Both the position numbers and the translations under genes were made by a program. Of a DNA stretch of 64,000 bases, positions 18,268-27,496 are shown piece after piece. Source of the DNA: Bacteroidota bacterium. Its GTDB lineage: Bacteria; Bacteroidota; Bacteroidia; NS11-12g; UBA955. Location: NCBI GenBank assembly GCA_016868785.1, contig VGFS01000004.1, positions 4,050 to 68,049 of the forward strand. The letters run 5' to 3'. The stretch's first letter is position 1, and each line of letters starts with the position of its first letter. The notes beneath the pieces were generated by a model. The model was not told where the DNA came from, searched no databases, and was given only the letters and a program-made list of their open reading frames with translations.

Positions 18268-19167
18268 TTAAAGGCTAAACCGGAGTTGTCCGAGCATCAA
18301 TCCACCCCAACCTGCTTGATTTACCAAAACTGTTTGTCCTTTGGCGTTGGTCACCTCGGTGGCTTTTTCCAAAAAGGTATGGGTATGTCCGCCTACGATG
18401 GCAGTAATACCGTGGGTTTTTGCGGCAAGTTTGAGGTCGTCGATTTTATCAGTATCGTAAGAATACCCCAAATGAGAAACAACAAAAACGGCATCGCAGT
18501 GGGCTTGATTGCGGAGGTAATCGACGGTTTTTTGGAGGGAGGCAACGGGGTCTTGGTAGACCAATCCGGGAATCACGCGGTCGAGGATGAGGTTTTCGGG
18601 GCTAATACCTACGCCGGTAACTCCGATTGTTTTTCCGCCGATTTCCACAATTTTATAGGGTTTTACGAATTCTTTGAGGCGGGTTTGCGAGAGTTCGTAA
18701 TTGCAATTGATCATGGGGATGCCGGGATTTTTTTCCAGCATGTTGGCCAGGTGATCGATGCCATTGTCGAAATCGTGGTTGCCCATGGTGGTGGCGTGGT
18801 AGCCCATGTTTTGCATCCATTGGTATTCAAGTTGTCCTCCAAACAAGTTGAAATAGGGGGTTCCTTGAAACACATCACCACAATCGAGCAGCAGCACGTG
18901 GGGATGGTGGCTGCGGTGTTGTTGAATTAAGGTGGCCAGGTTGGCGATGCCGCCTTTTCCGGCCAGGGGGTGATTGGCCGGAAAAGGCTCAATGCGGGAG
19001 TGCAGATCATTGGTGTGCAACACGAGAAGTTCGAAGTGTTCCCGTGATTTTTGTTGCTGTGATTGCTGGGCTATGGATAATCCTCTGCCAATCAACTCTG
19101 TGGGCAAAGTGGCTCCGGCGGCCAAAACGGCCATCTGCTGCAAAAACCGTTTTCTATTGAGGCTCAT
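18268..19167 (-). CDS. 5'-nucleotidase metallophosphoesterase domain with a Tat-like signal
   Basis: Motifs LHTNDLHS, DCGDVFQG, MGNHDFD, SHLG and GGHTH; N-terminus SLNRKRFL. Confidence 0.92.
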   Translation of the reverse strand: MSLNRKRFLQQMAVLAAGATLPTELIGRGLSIAQQSQQQKSREHFELLVLHTNDLHSRIEPFPANHPLAGKGGIANLATLIQQHRSHHPHVLLLDCGDVFQGTPYFNLFGGQLEYQWMQNMGYHATTMGNHDFDNGIDHLANMLEKNPGIPMINCNYELSQTRLKEFVKPYKIVEIGGKTIGVTGVGISPENLILDRVIPGLVYQDPVASLQKTVDYLRNQAHCDAVFVVSHLGYSYDTDKIDDLKLAAKTHGITAIVGGHTHTFLEKATEVTNAKGQTVLVNQAGWGGLMLGQLRFSL

Positions 19168-20032
19168 GGTAGATGCGGATTTGTTTGCGTGGATCAATGA
19201 ATTTATTGGATTCGTATTCGGCCTTTAGTTGATCGGCGATCACATTTCTGAGGTTGATGCCCGCGTAATGGATTTTTTTGGCGTGCTTGAGCATGGTAAA
19301 TCCATCACCGCCCACCACCATGTAGGAGTTAACTGCGACCAGGTAATCGCGACGGGTATCGAGGGGTTGGGTATAAATGGGATTCAACAAGTCGTTCACG
19401 GTGAGGATGGGTCGGGCATTGATTTTAACCGAGGCATATCGATTGTCTTTTCGGGTTGTCCCATTGTTGTAAGTCAGCAGAAATCCTGCGGCGGGGGTCC
19501 CTTGAAGCTGTGCAATGTATTGAAACAGACTATCTACATAAACACCGGGCAATTGCAACAGAACCAGTTCATTGTCGAACGGCATCACTTCAAACAACTG
19601 CTTCAGGGTAACAGGGCCCGGATACAAACCGGTGCGAAATCCGCCGTTGTTGCTGATGGCGAAATGACAGGGAATCCCGAATTGCTGTTGGCTGATTGTG
19701 TTGGCGCTGAGCAGCATGTAGTCGGCGGCCAATCGACCCAAATTGCCCACGAAAAAGGCGTTGGAAAATGGAGAGTCGATGTTGGCGATGTAGGCCGACA
19801 TTTCATCTTCCATTTGGGTTTTGTAGGGGTGGATGAGGGCGATACTCAAGGAGTCATCGGGCACCGAATCGCAGACAGCAATGTTGGCCACTGCCTGGAA
19901 GTTGGGAGAAGATTGGGCGGTCTTGTGCGTTGAAAAGCAGGCGCTGAAAATCAACGAGATACCGCAAATCCAAGCCGTGATATTACGATGAATTGGTAAA
20001 GAGGTACTGGATGGTTGGGGGCTTCTCAACAT
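19154..20032 (-). CDS. 5'-nucleotidase C-terminal (substrate-binding) domain, probable lipoprotein
   Basis: Motifs NNGGFR, FEVMPFDNEL and YMVVGGDG; FSAC lipobox. Confidence 0.88.
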   Translation of the reverse strand: MLRSPQPSSTSLPIHRNITAWICGISLIFSACFSTHKTAQSSPNFQAVANIAVCDSVPDDSLSIALIHPYKTQMEDEMSAYIANIDSPFSNAFFVGNLGRLAADYMLLSANTISQQQFGIPCHFAISNNGGFRTGLYPGPVTLKQLFEVMPFDNELVLLQLPGVYVDSLFQYIAQLQGTPAAGFLLTYNNGTTRKDNRYASVKINARPILTVNDLLNPIYTQPLDTRRDYLVAVNSYMVVGGDGFTMLKHAKKIHYAGINLRNVIADQLKAEYESNKFIDPRKQIRIYHEPQ

Positions 20033-20125
20033 ATCGACTACAAAATTGCAGATTCACTGGCGAATTTGTCGTTAATTTATTGCTAAAAACAACTGTTTTT
20101 GGCTCTTTTTTGTGATTTTTGCAGT

Positions 20126-21073
20126 ATGAAAAAAACGATTGGCATTTTTTGTATCGCTCTAATGAGTGCATTCCAAGTAAAAGCGCAGTGTAACGAACTA
20201 TTCATTTCAGAATATGTAGAGGGTTCGCGCAACAACAAAGCCTTGGAAATTTATAACCCTAGCAGCAGCGCCGTCGATCTGAGTAAATACCGAGTAACAC
20301 GCTGGCAGAATGGCTCCGCGGCTTGGACAGCTCAAATGTCTGATGTCCTCTCGGGAACATTGCAACCAAAGGATGTGGCTGTGTTGGTGATAGATCGCCG
20401 AGACACCACCAAAAAAGGCCAAGATACGCCTGTAGTTCTGACGTTGAGATTGAAGGCGGATTTGTTTTTAAGCAAAGATTACAACACGAGTTATAGCATG
20501 AGTTTCAATGGTGACGATGCGATGTCATTGGATAAATTGAATGATGCCACTGGAAAATGGGTGCCCGTTGATATTTTTGGAAAAATCGGCGAACGTCCAA
20601 GTCCGGCTTGGAGCGATAAACCTCCCTACACTGGCACAGGTACATGGTATACTTTAGACAAAACGTTGATTCGCAAAGACAGTGTGATGACGGGTGTTGC
20701 CAAGAACCCCTTGGAATTTAATCCCAAATTGGAGTGGGTTTTGAATCCCCGCGACATGTTCGATTCTTTGGGTTTTCACACTTGTTTGTGTGCACAGAAT
20801 CCATCGGCCGCGGTGAAAGCTCCGGTGATTTCTCAGGTGTCAGTATACCCCAACCCCGCCGTAACATCGGCCACGGTTTTCTTGCCGTTTGAACTGTCAA
20901 AGTTGGTTTGCTTGAATGCGGCTGGGCAGTTGATCGCTGTTGATTACGACCATGTGGGCATGGATGACATGTCGCAGTATTCCTTGCATGTATCTCATTT
21001 GTCAGCAGGTGTTTATACCCTGGAATTTGTGGGTGTTAATGGTGCCAAGGCTTCGGCCAAATTGATCAAATAA
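20126..21073 (+). CDS. Lamin-tail-domain protein with a T9SS type A sorting domain
   Basis: LFISEYVEGSRNNKALEIYNP and FNGDDA (LTD); C-terminal VYPNPA...LSAGVY. Confidence 0.88.
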   Translation: MKKTIGIFCIALMSAFQVKAQCNELFISEYVEGSRNNKALEIYNPSSSAVDLSKYRVTRWQNGSAAWTAQMSDVLSGTLQPKDVAVLVIDRRDTTKKGQDTPVVLTLRLKADLFLSKDYNTSYSMSFNGDDAMSLDKLNDATGKWVPVDIFGKIGERPSPAWSDKPPYTGTGTWYTLDKTLIRKDSVMTGVAKNPLEFNPKLEWVLNPRDMFDSLGFHTCLCAQNPSAAVKAPVISQVSVYPNPAVTSATVFLPFELSKLVCLNAAGQLIAVDYDHVGMDDMSQYSLHVSHLSAGVYTLEFVGVNGAKASAKLIK

Positions 21074-23781
21074 TGCGTAAGTTTATCCTGTTGGGATGGG
21101 GTTTGATGTTGTCAATGACGGCATTGGCCCAAGTGACGATAAAGGGTAGGGTGGTTGATGCGATCAGTGGTGAATTGCTCGAAGGCGCGAAGGTAACAAC
21201 CCGAAATCAGTCGGCCCTTTCAGGAAAAGATGGCAATTACACCTTGGTTTTACCCATGGGTGAATACATGTTGATGGCTCAGTTGGAGGGTTTCGATGGC
21301 GACACGGTTTTTGTTCAGGCCGATCGCAATTTGATAACGGATGTTAATTTTCGGCTCGACAACCAAAGTGCAGCGATGCAGGCGGTTCAAATTACGGCGA
21401 GTGTTGCCAAGGACCGCAAAACACCGGTGGCGTATTCCAATTTTACAGGAAAAGACATTTCGGAGCGATTGGGCAGTGCGGATTTGCCATTGCTTTTGAA
21501 CCAAACGCCTGGGGTATATGCAACTTCACAGGGTGGAGGGGCTGGCGATGCCCGCATCAGCATTCGCGGATTCAGTCAGCGCAACATTGCGGTAATGGTG
21601 GACGGAATTCCCGTGAACGACATGGAGAATGGTCAGGTTTATTGGAGCAATTGGTTTGGATTGGGGAATGTAACGGCCCTTACCCAAGTACAGCGGGGAT
21701 TGGGTTCTTCACGCATCGCCAACCCGGCGGTGGGCGGCACCATGAATATTATCACCAAGGGCATTTCTCAGCAGTCTCGTTTGGAGGCCAACGTGGAGAT
21801 GGGTGATAGCAAGTATGAGCAATTTTCCATGAATTATTGCAGTGGTCGATTGAAGGGTGGTTGGGGCGTTCTGTTGAGCGTAACCAAACGACAGAGTGCG
21901 GGATATGTGGACTATCTTTATGATGACATGTACTCGTATTTTGGGAAGGTGGAGAAGCAATGGAAGACCAAATCGCATGGTTCGCATACCTTGAGTTTTG
22001 TGGGAGTTGGAGCTCCACAGAGTCATGGTCAGCGGAGTTTTCGGGCCCGTCTTTCGATGTATGATCGGGCAATGGCTCAGGAGTTGGGCATAGATACGGT
22101 GCTTCCGCGGATGGCTTATAACCAGGGGAACCGCTACAATCAGCACTGGGGTTATGTTAACGAGGCCAAGGTAAGTGCGGATAAAACGGACACTGTTTGG
22201 GCGCGTAGATATGCTTTGAATGAGCGGGAGAATATGTTCCACAAACCCCAGTTTTACGTAAAGCATGACTGGGCGGTTTCTAAGAAAACGTTGGTAACCA
22301 CAACGGCCTACGCCTCATACGGTCGGGGTGGCGGTGTGAGTTCTAACAGCACATTAAAAATTCCTCAATTGCCTCAGAATTACGGTCAGTACGATTTTCA
22401 GGGCATTTATTTTCTGAATTCATCGGGCAGTGATTTCACCTCTCCAGTTGATCCCAAGTATTCGTTGACAGAAAATAAATCTGCTGGGATTTTGCAGCGC
22501 GCGGTGAACAATCACAATTGGTATGGTTTGTTGAACACCACCCAACACAAACTCAATAACCGTTGGTCGCTCACCGGCGGCATCGATTTGCGCACTTATC
22601 GTGGCAGGCATTACCGCGAGGGCTACAACCTGTTGGGCGGCGATTATTTCATTCCCAGTCAGTCTGAAAAGAATCCGGCTTTCAATGCCAAGCACATGTA
22701 TCGCGCGGGCGATATTTTTGGGTACAACAACGATGGATTGGTGCGTTGGGCAGGGATGTTTGGGGAATTGGAATACAGTAAAAATAGGACTACAGCGTTT
22801 GTGAATGCCAGTGTTTCGAATACTTGGTTGCAGCGAATCGATTATTTCAAGTTGAATTTGGACAGTCAATACGGACAAAAAACGGCTTGGATTCAGCGCA
22901 AGGGTTTCACGTTTAAGACGGGGTTAAATCACAACATCAGTCGCAAAATGAACGTGTTTGGCAACATGGGTTATTTGAACCGTCCTACCCGATTTAGCAA
23001 TGTATTTGACAACAGGAACGTACAGGTTCGCGACATTCGCAACGAGCGCGTGATGGCGGTGGAGGGCGGATCGGGTTATAAATCGAAGCGTTTGGCTTTG
23101 AATTTCAATGCTTATTACACGTTGTGGATGAACAAGCCAGTAGATTTTTTGTCTACGTTCACCGACTTAGACGGTAACAACTACAGTTTCAACATCAATG
23201 GTTTGGGGGCTAGGCACATGGGTGCAGAATTGCAGGCCTCGTTCCGTGCGGGCGATGGCATAACCATCGAGGGCAGTTTGAGCATGGGCGATTGGATTTG
23301 GAATTCGGGTTCGGAGGTGATTGTTCGCAACGATTTGGGCGATAGCATCACGAAAGTTGATTTTGATGCCAAGGGCGTGCACGTGGGCGATGCGGCTCAG
23401 CAGCAGGTGGCGGTGTTGATGCGCTGGGAACCTACCTATTTGAAAGGGGCTTATTTCACTGCGCAGTACATTCATTTTGCCAAGCACTATGCGGATTTTG
23501 ATCCTACGGCATTGGTTGGTAAATACAAAGGACAGGAATCGTTCATGTTGCCGAGTTACTGGTACATGAATTTGACAGGGGGCTACAAATGGACAATGAA
23601 AGGCGGGATGAAGGTGCAGATTTATGGCATGGTGAACAATGTAACAAACAACGTTTACATCACTGACGGACAGCATCGAAATGTAGACGGCAATCCCATC
23701 AATACCTTTAATCCCAAGAATTTGGAAGTCTTTATTTCTCCTGGGCTTAGATTCACTACGGGGATCAGAATTACCTATTAA
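21073..23781 (+). CDS. TonB-dependent receptor
   Basis: Plug DARISIRGFSQRNIAVMVDGIPVND; 902-aa barrel ending GIRITY; ATG overlaps the upstream TAA. Confidence 0.92.
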   Translation: MRKFILLGWGLMLSMTALAQVTIKGRVVDAISGELLEGAKVTTRNQSALSGKDGNYTLVLPMGEYMLMAQLEGFDGDTVFVQADRNLITDVNFRLDNQSAAMQAVQITASVAKDRKTPVAYSNFTGKDISERLGSADLPLLLNQTPGVYATSQGGGAGDARISIRGFSQRNIAVMVDGIPVNDMENGQVYWSNWFGLGNVTALTQVQRGLGSSRIANPAVGGTMNIITKGISQQSRLEANVEMGDSKYEQFSMNYCSGRLKGGWGVLLSVTKRQSAGYVDYLYDDMYSYFGKVEKQWKTKSHGSHTLSFVGVGAPQSHGQRSFRARLSMYDRAMAQELGIDTVLPRMAYNQGNRYNQHWGYVNEAKVSADKTDTVWARRYALNERENMFHKPQFYVKHDWAVSKKTLVTTTAYASYGRGGGVSSNSTLKIPQLPQNYGQYDFQGIYFLNSSGSDFTSPVDPKYSLTENKSAGILQRAVNNHNWYGLLNTTQHKLNNRWSLTGGIDLRTYRGRHYREGYNLLGGDYFIPSQSEKNPAFNAKHMYRAGDIFGYNNDGLVRWAGMFGELEYSKNRTTAFVNASVSNTWLQRIDYFKLNLDSQYGQKTAWIQRKGFTFKTGLNHNISRKMNVFGNMGYLNRPTRFSNVFDNRNVQVRDIRNERVMAVEGGSGYKSKRLALNFNAYYTLWMNKPVDFLSTFTDLDGNNYSFNINGLGARHMGAELQASFRAGDGITIEGSLSMGDWIWNSGSEVIVRNDLGDSITKVDFDAKGVHVGDAAQQQVAVLMRWEPTYLKGAYFTAQYIHFAKHYADFDPTALVGKYKGQESFMLPSYWYMNLTGGYKWTMKGGMKVQIYGMVNNVTNNVYITDGQHRNVDGNPINTFNPKNLEVFISPGLRFTTGIRITY

Positions 23782-23796
23782 CATCGAACAGAAAAT

Positions 23797-26016
23797 ATGA
23801 ACATGAAAAAAATATTCGGATTTGCCTTGGCCCTTTTGGGTAGCGCTAGCACGGCATTTTCACAGGCCACTTTGCCCGCATTTTGGAATTGTAACGACCC
23901 TGCAGCGGCGCCAACAGGATTTACCTTGAATCAGGGCACCTCGGGTACGTTTGTGTATACTTCATCCACGTTGGTGAAGAGTACGCCTGCGGCGATCCGA
24001 TTGGACGTAACGGGCGAATGGGTTAAGATCAATTGGACAGGAGCAGCCGATACTTTGTGGTTTTACGCATCGGGTACTGCCGCTTCTGGAGTGACGGCTT
24101 GGAAGGGAACGTTTGATGTGGAGGCGAGTGCGGATGGCAGTACATGGACATCGGTAAAGAAATTAGTGGATACCGACATGCCCATGGGCACCAAGCAGTT
24201 GTTTGCCCAGGTTGGCAGTACCGCTCGCTTCGCTCGCTTAATTTTCACATCGAAAACATCGGGGTACAACTTGGCCATCGACGACATCGAAGTACGTCCG
24301 GGCAAAGGCGGTGCAAAACCCGAAATCAAAGTAGATTACGCAGGAAAAACCCTCATCAATGGCAACGAAATCCGTGTGGGTAATGCCAATAGCTTTGATC
24401 TTACCATCAAGAATAATAGCACACTGGGCGACCTTAACATCACAGGTTTGCAAAAATCGGGCACCCATGCGGCTGACTTTACCACTGCGCAATCGTTCCC
24501 GGTAACCGTAAAAGCCGGTGAATCCACCACGCTTAAGGTTGATGTGAATCAGAGTGCAACGGCGGGTTCTTTGAAAGCCACTTTGGGTATTTTGAGTAAC
24601 GACAGTTTGCAGTTGCCCTTCAACGTGAAAGTGTATGCCATCCGTGGTCGTTTGGCCACCGAGCCATCATCGGCACCCGGGGCCCTGAATTTGGTGAGCA
24701 ATCTGGCCTGGAAATCGGTGTTGGGGATTACGTCCTCTTCCGCCGATGGCTACTTGGTGATGTTGAGCACATCCCCCATCACAGCCACCCCCGTGGATGG
24801 CGTGGCTTACCAGCGTGGTGAGTACCTCAATGGCGCCCGCATCATGCACGCTGCAGCCCTTGCGGATGTTAATTTCGACAACATTTGGGGTGCTACAAAA
24901 TACCATGTGAAGGCGTTTGCATTCAATGGTTATGATAGCTATATCAATTACTTCAGCACCTCGGCGAGTTCCTTGGAGTATACCACCCCCGGACTTAATC
25001 CAGGAAGTTTCTATGGTTCGTTGACTGCGGCAGATACCCTGTTGGTGTCGAAATTGCGTGGCATCGTACGTCCACATTTCCAAGTGTATTACAGCAACTT
25101 TGGTGCTACCATGGCCTCAAACTTTGATGCCCGCGATACCACTGATGGTAAAAAAGTCATCAACTGTTTCTATACTGGCTATCCTTATGTATTTACTCCG
25201 CCGTTTTTCTTTGACGTGGCCGACCAGAATTATTTGAGTCGCGAACACTCTTATCCCTATTCTTGGATGGGTGAGGCGAGTCAGGACAGCGCCAACTACA
25301 GTGATTTGTATTTGTTGTATTTGGTGCACCAAAACAAAGTCAACGCTGTGCGCAGCAACTATCCCATGAACAATTTGAAGACCGTAACCATGAACTTTTA
25401 TGGCGGTAAATTTGGGACGGATTCAGCGGGTGGATTTGCTTACGAACCCCGCGATTTTGCCAAAGGTGCATTGAGTCGCTCAAACTTCTATATCTGTGCA
25501 ACGTACAACCGTGCTGGTGCTCCTTTTACCATTCCAACGGCCAATGAGTTTTTGGGGATGAACCAAGACCAGAATGTATTGAAGCGTTGGAGTAAGCAAT
25601 TCCCGCCCAACGGATGGGAGATTGCCCGACATGAATACGTGGCTTCTGTTCAGAAGAACCGAAATCCGTTTGTGGACCATCCGGAGTGGGCTTGTTACAT
25701 TGATTTCTCTACCATGAAGTATGTATCGGGTGGAACTGCTTGCGGCGGTCCAACCATTTCAACCAAGCCCCATGCGGTGGTGAATGCGTATATTTACCCC
25801 AATCCCAGTTCGGATGTGATGCACATTGATTTGTCGGGTTTCAACGGCAGCGAAGTAAAAGTGACTGTGGTCGACTTTTACGAGCGTACGGTTTTTGAAG
25901 GCAAGCGTCAAGGTGGTAGCATGACCTTGGATGTTAAGGGCTGGTCGGCCGGACAGTATTTGGTCTTGATTCAAGGCGCCACGAAGCAGGCGGTGACCAA
26001 TGTGATGGTGAATTGA
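23797..26016 (+). CDS. T9SS-secreted multidomain endonuclease I (EndA/Vvn-like)
   Basis: Motifs SREHSYPYSW, NAVRSNYP, EPRDFAKGALSR and RNPFVDHPEW; Ig-like N-terminal domains; CTD IYPNPSSD. Confidence 0.88.
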   Translation: MNMKKIFGFALALLGSASTAFSQATLPAFWNCNDPAAAPTGFTLNQGTSGTFVYTSSTLVKSTPAAIRLDVTGEWVKINWTGAADTLWFYASGTAASGVTAWKGTFDVEASADGSTWTSVKKLVDTDMPMGTKQLFAQVGSTARFARLIFTSKTSGYNLAIDDIEVRPGKGGAKPEIKVDYAGKTLINGNEIRVGNANSFDLTIKNNSTLGDLNITGLQKSGTHAADFTTAQSFPVTVKAGESTTLKVDVNQSATAGSLKATLGILSNDSLQLPFNVKVYAIRGRLATEPSSAPGALNLVSNLAWKSVLGITSSSADGYLVMLSTSPITATPVDGVAYQRGEYLNGARIMHAAALADVNFDNIWGATKYHVKAFAFNGYDSYINYFSTSASSLEYTTPGLNPGSFYGSLTAADTLLVSKLRGIVRPHFQVYYSNFGATMASNFDARDTTDGKKVINCFYTGYPYVFTPPFFFDVADQNYLSREHSYPYSWMGEASQDSANYSDLYLLYLVHQNKVNAVRSNYPMNNLKTVTMNFYGGKFGTDSAGGFAYEPRDFAKGALSRSNFYICATYNRAGAPFTIPTANEFLGMNQDQNVLKRWSKQFPPNGWEIARHEYVASVQKNRNPFVDHPEWACYIDFSTMKYVSGGTACGGPTISTKPHAVVNAYIYPNPSSDVMHIDLSGFNGSEVKVTVVDFYERTVFEGKRQGGSMTLDVKGWSAGQYLVLIQGATKQAVTNVMVN

Positions 26017-26873
26017 TGAATTTTCAGCGCGCCGAGATATTGGATTTGATTGATCGCTGTTTGGCCGAGGATATCGGCAGCGGCGATCACAGCAGTTTGG
26101 CATCGATTCCGGAAGGAACGATGGGCGAATCGCGCTTGTTGCTCAAGCAAGAGGGAGTGGTGGCAGGGTTGGCATTGGGCGAAGTGATTTTGCGCAGGCT
26201 AGATCCTGAAATAGAATGGGTTTCGATGGCCAGCGATGGCGATTATTTGCCATCTGGAACGCAGCTTGCTGAGGTGAAAGGGCGGGTACATGCCTTGTTG
26301 GCTGGGGAGCGGTTGATGTTGAACTTCATGCAGCGGTTGTCGGGTGTGGCGACCCAAGCGTATCAGGCAGTGAGATTGGTTGAGGGCACGGGCGCAAGGA
26401 TATTAGATACGCGCAAAACCACGCCAGGTCTTCGAACTTTGGAAAAGTGGGCGGTTACCATGGGCGGGGCACAAAATCATCGCATCGGGTTGTACGACAT
26501 GGTGATGTTGAAAGACAACCACAATGATTCGGCTGGGGGTATTACCGCGGCGGTGAATCGCACCAAGGCGTATTTGCAGGAGAAAGGATTGACGTTGGGC
26601 ATAGAGGTAGAAACGCGCAACATGAACGAAGTGAGAGAAGTATTGTCGTTGGGCGGAATCCAGCGGGTGATGCTCGACAATTTCACCCCAGAGGCCTGTG
26701 TTGAGGCGGTGAAAGAAATCGCGGGGCGTTGCGAAACCGAAGCTTCGGGAGGCATTCATTTGGGCAATTTGCGGTCGTATGCTGAGGCGGGGGTAGATTT
26801 CATCTCTTTGGGCTCACTCACGCACAGTGTAATGTCGTTGGACATTAGTTTTAAAACGAAAGTAGTATCATGA
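26016..26873 (+). CDS. nadC: Nicotinate-nucleotide pyrophosphorylase (carboxylating)
   Basis: Motifs EDIGSGD, LDTRKTTPGLR, HRIGLYD, VMLDNF and EASGG. Confidence 0.97.
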   Translation: MNFQRAEILDLIDRCLAEDIGSGDHSSLASIPEGTMGESRLLLKQEGVVAGLALGEVILRRLDPEIEWVSMASDGDYLPSGTQLAEVKGRVHALLAGERLMLNFMQRLSGVATQAYQAVRLVEGTGARILDTRKTTPGLRTLEKWAVTMGGAQNHRIGLYDMVMLKDNHNDSAGGITAAVNRTKAYLQEKGLTLGIEVETRNMNEVREVLSLGGIQRVMLDNFTPEACVEAVKEIAGRCETEASGGIHLGNLRSYAEAGVDFISLGSLTHSVMSLDISFKTKVVS

Positions 26874-27490
26874 AAAAAAGTATAAACATCGTATTTACCT
26901 CGGGATTGATGGTGATGGGCTTGTTGATTGGTGGCGCCCAAAGCGGTTGCAACGCCAAGGGATCTGGCGCTGAATCATCGGACAGTGCTGCGGTAGAAAT
27001 GGCCTTGAAGGCGCAGGCTTTGGAGGAACATGCGGCATCAGACAGTACAACAAAGGTGGCAGGCGATACGGCATCGGGAGAGAAAAAAGCGGTTTCTGGC
27101 AAATTGCAATGGTACGAATATGCCGATGGGTATAACAAGGCCAAGGCGGAAAACAAAATTTTGCTCGTGGATGCTTACACCGATTGGTGTGGTTGGTGCA
27201 AAGTGATGGACAGAGAGACCTATACCAATGCGGCGGTTATTGCTGCATTGAACCAAGATTTTGTGTGTGTAAAATTTAACCCGGAAGTGGAGATGACGCA
27301 CAGTTTTGGAAAGTATAATTTGAAGAGCAACGAGTTGTTGTATTGGTTGTCGAACGGACAACCCGGGGGATATCCCACCAGTTATTTTGTATTTCATCCA
27401 GCCAAAAACGATGAGCGGGCGTCTCAGGCGGGCTATTTGCCCCCCGATCAATTTTTGAAGTTGTTGGCGGAGGTGAAGAAGCGACATTAA
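26870..27490 (+). CDS. Thioredoxin-fold lipoprotein (DUF255-like)
   Basis: Motif DAYTDWCGWCKVMD and cis-Pro GYPT; QSGC lipobox. Confidence 0.87.
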   Translation: MKKSINIVFTSGLMVMGLLIGGAQSGCNAKGSGAESSDSAAVEMALKAQALEEHAASDSTTKVAGDTASGEKKAVSGKLQWYEYADGYNKAKAENKILLVDAYTDWCGWCKVMDRETYTNAAVIAALNQDFVCVKFNPEVEMTHSFGKYNLKSNELLYWLSNGQPGGYPTSYFVFHPAKNDERASQAGYLPPDQFLKLLAEVKKRH

Positions 27491-27496
27491 TCCTTT

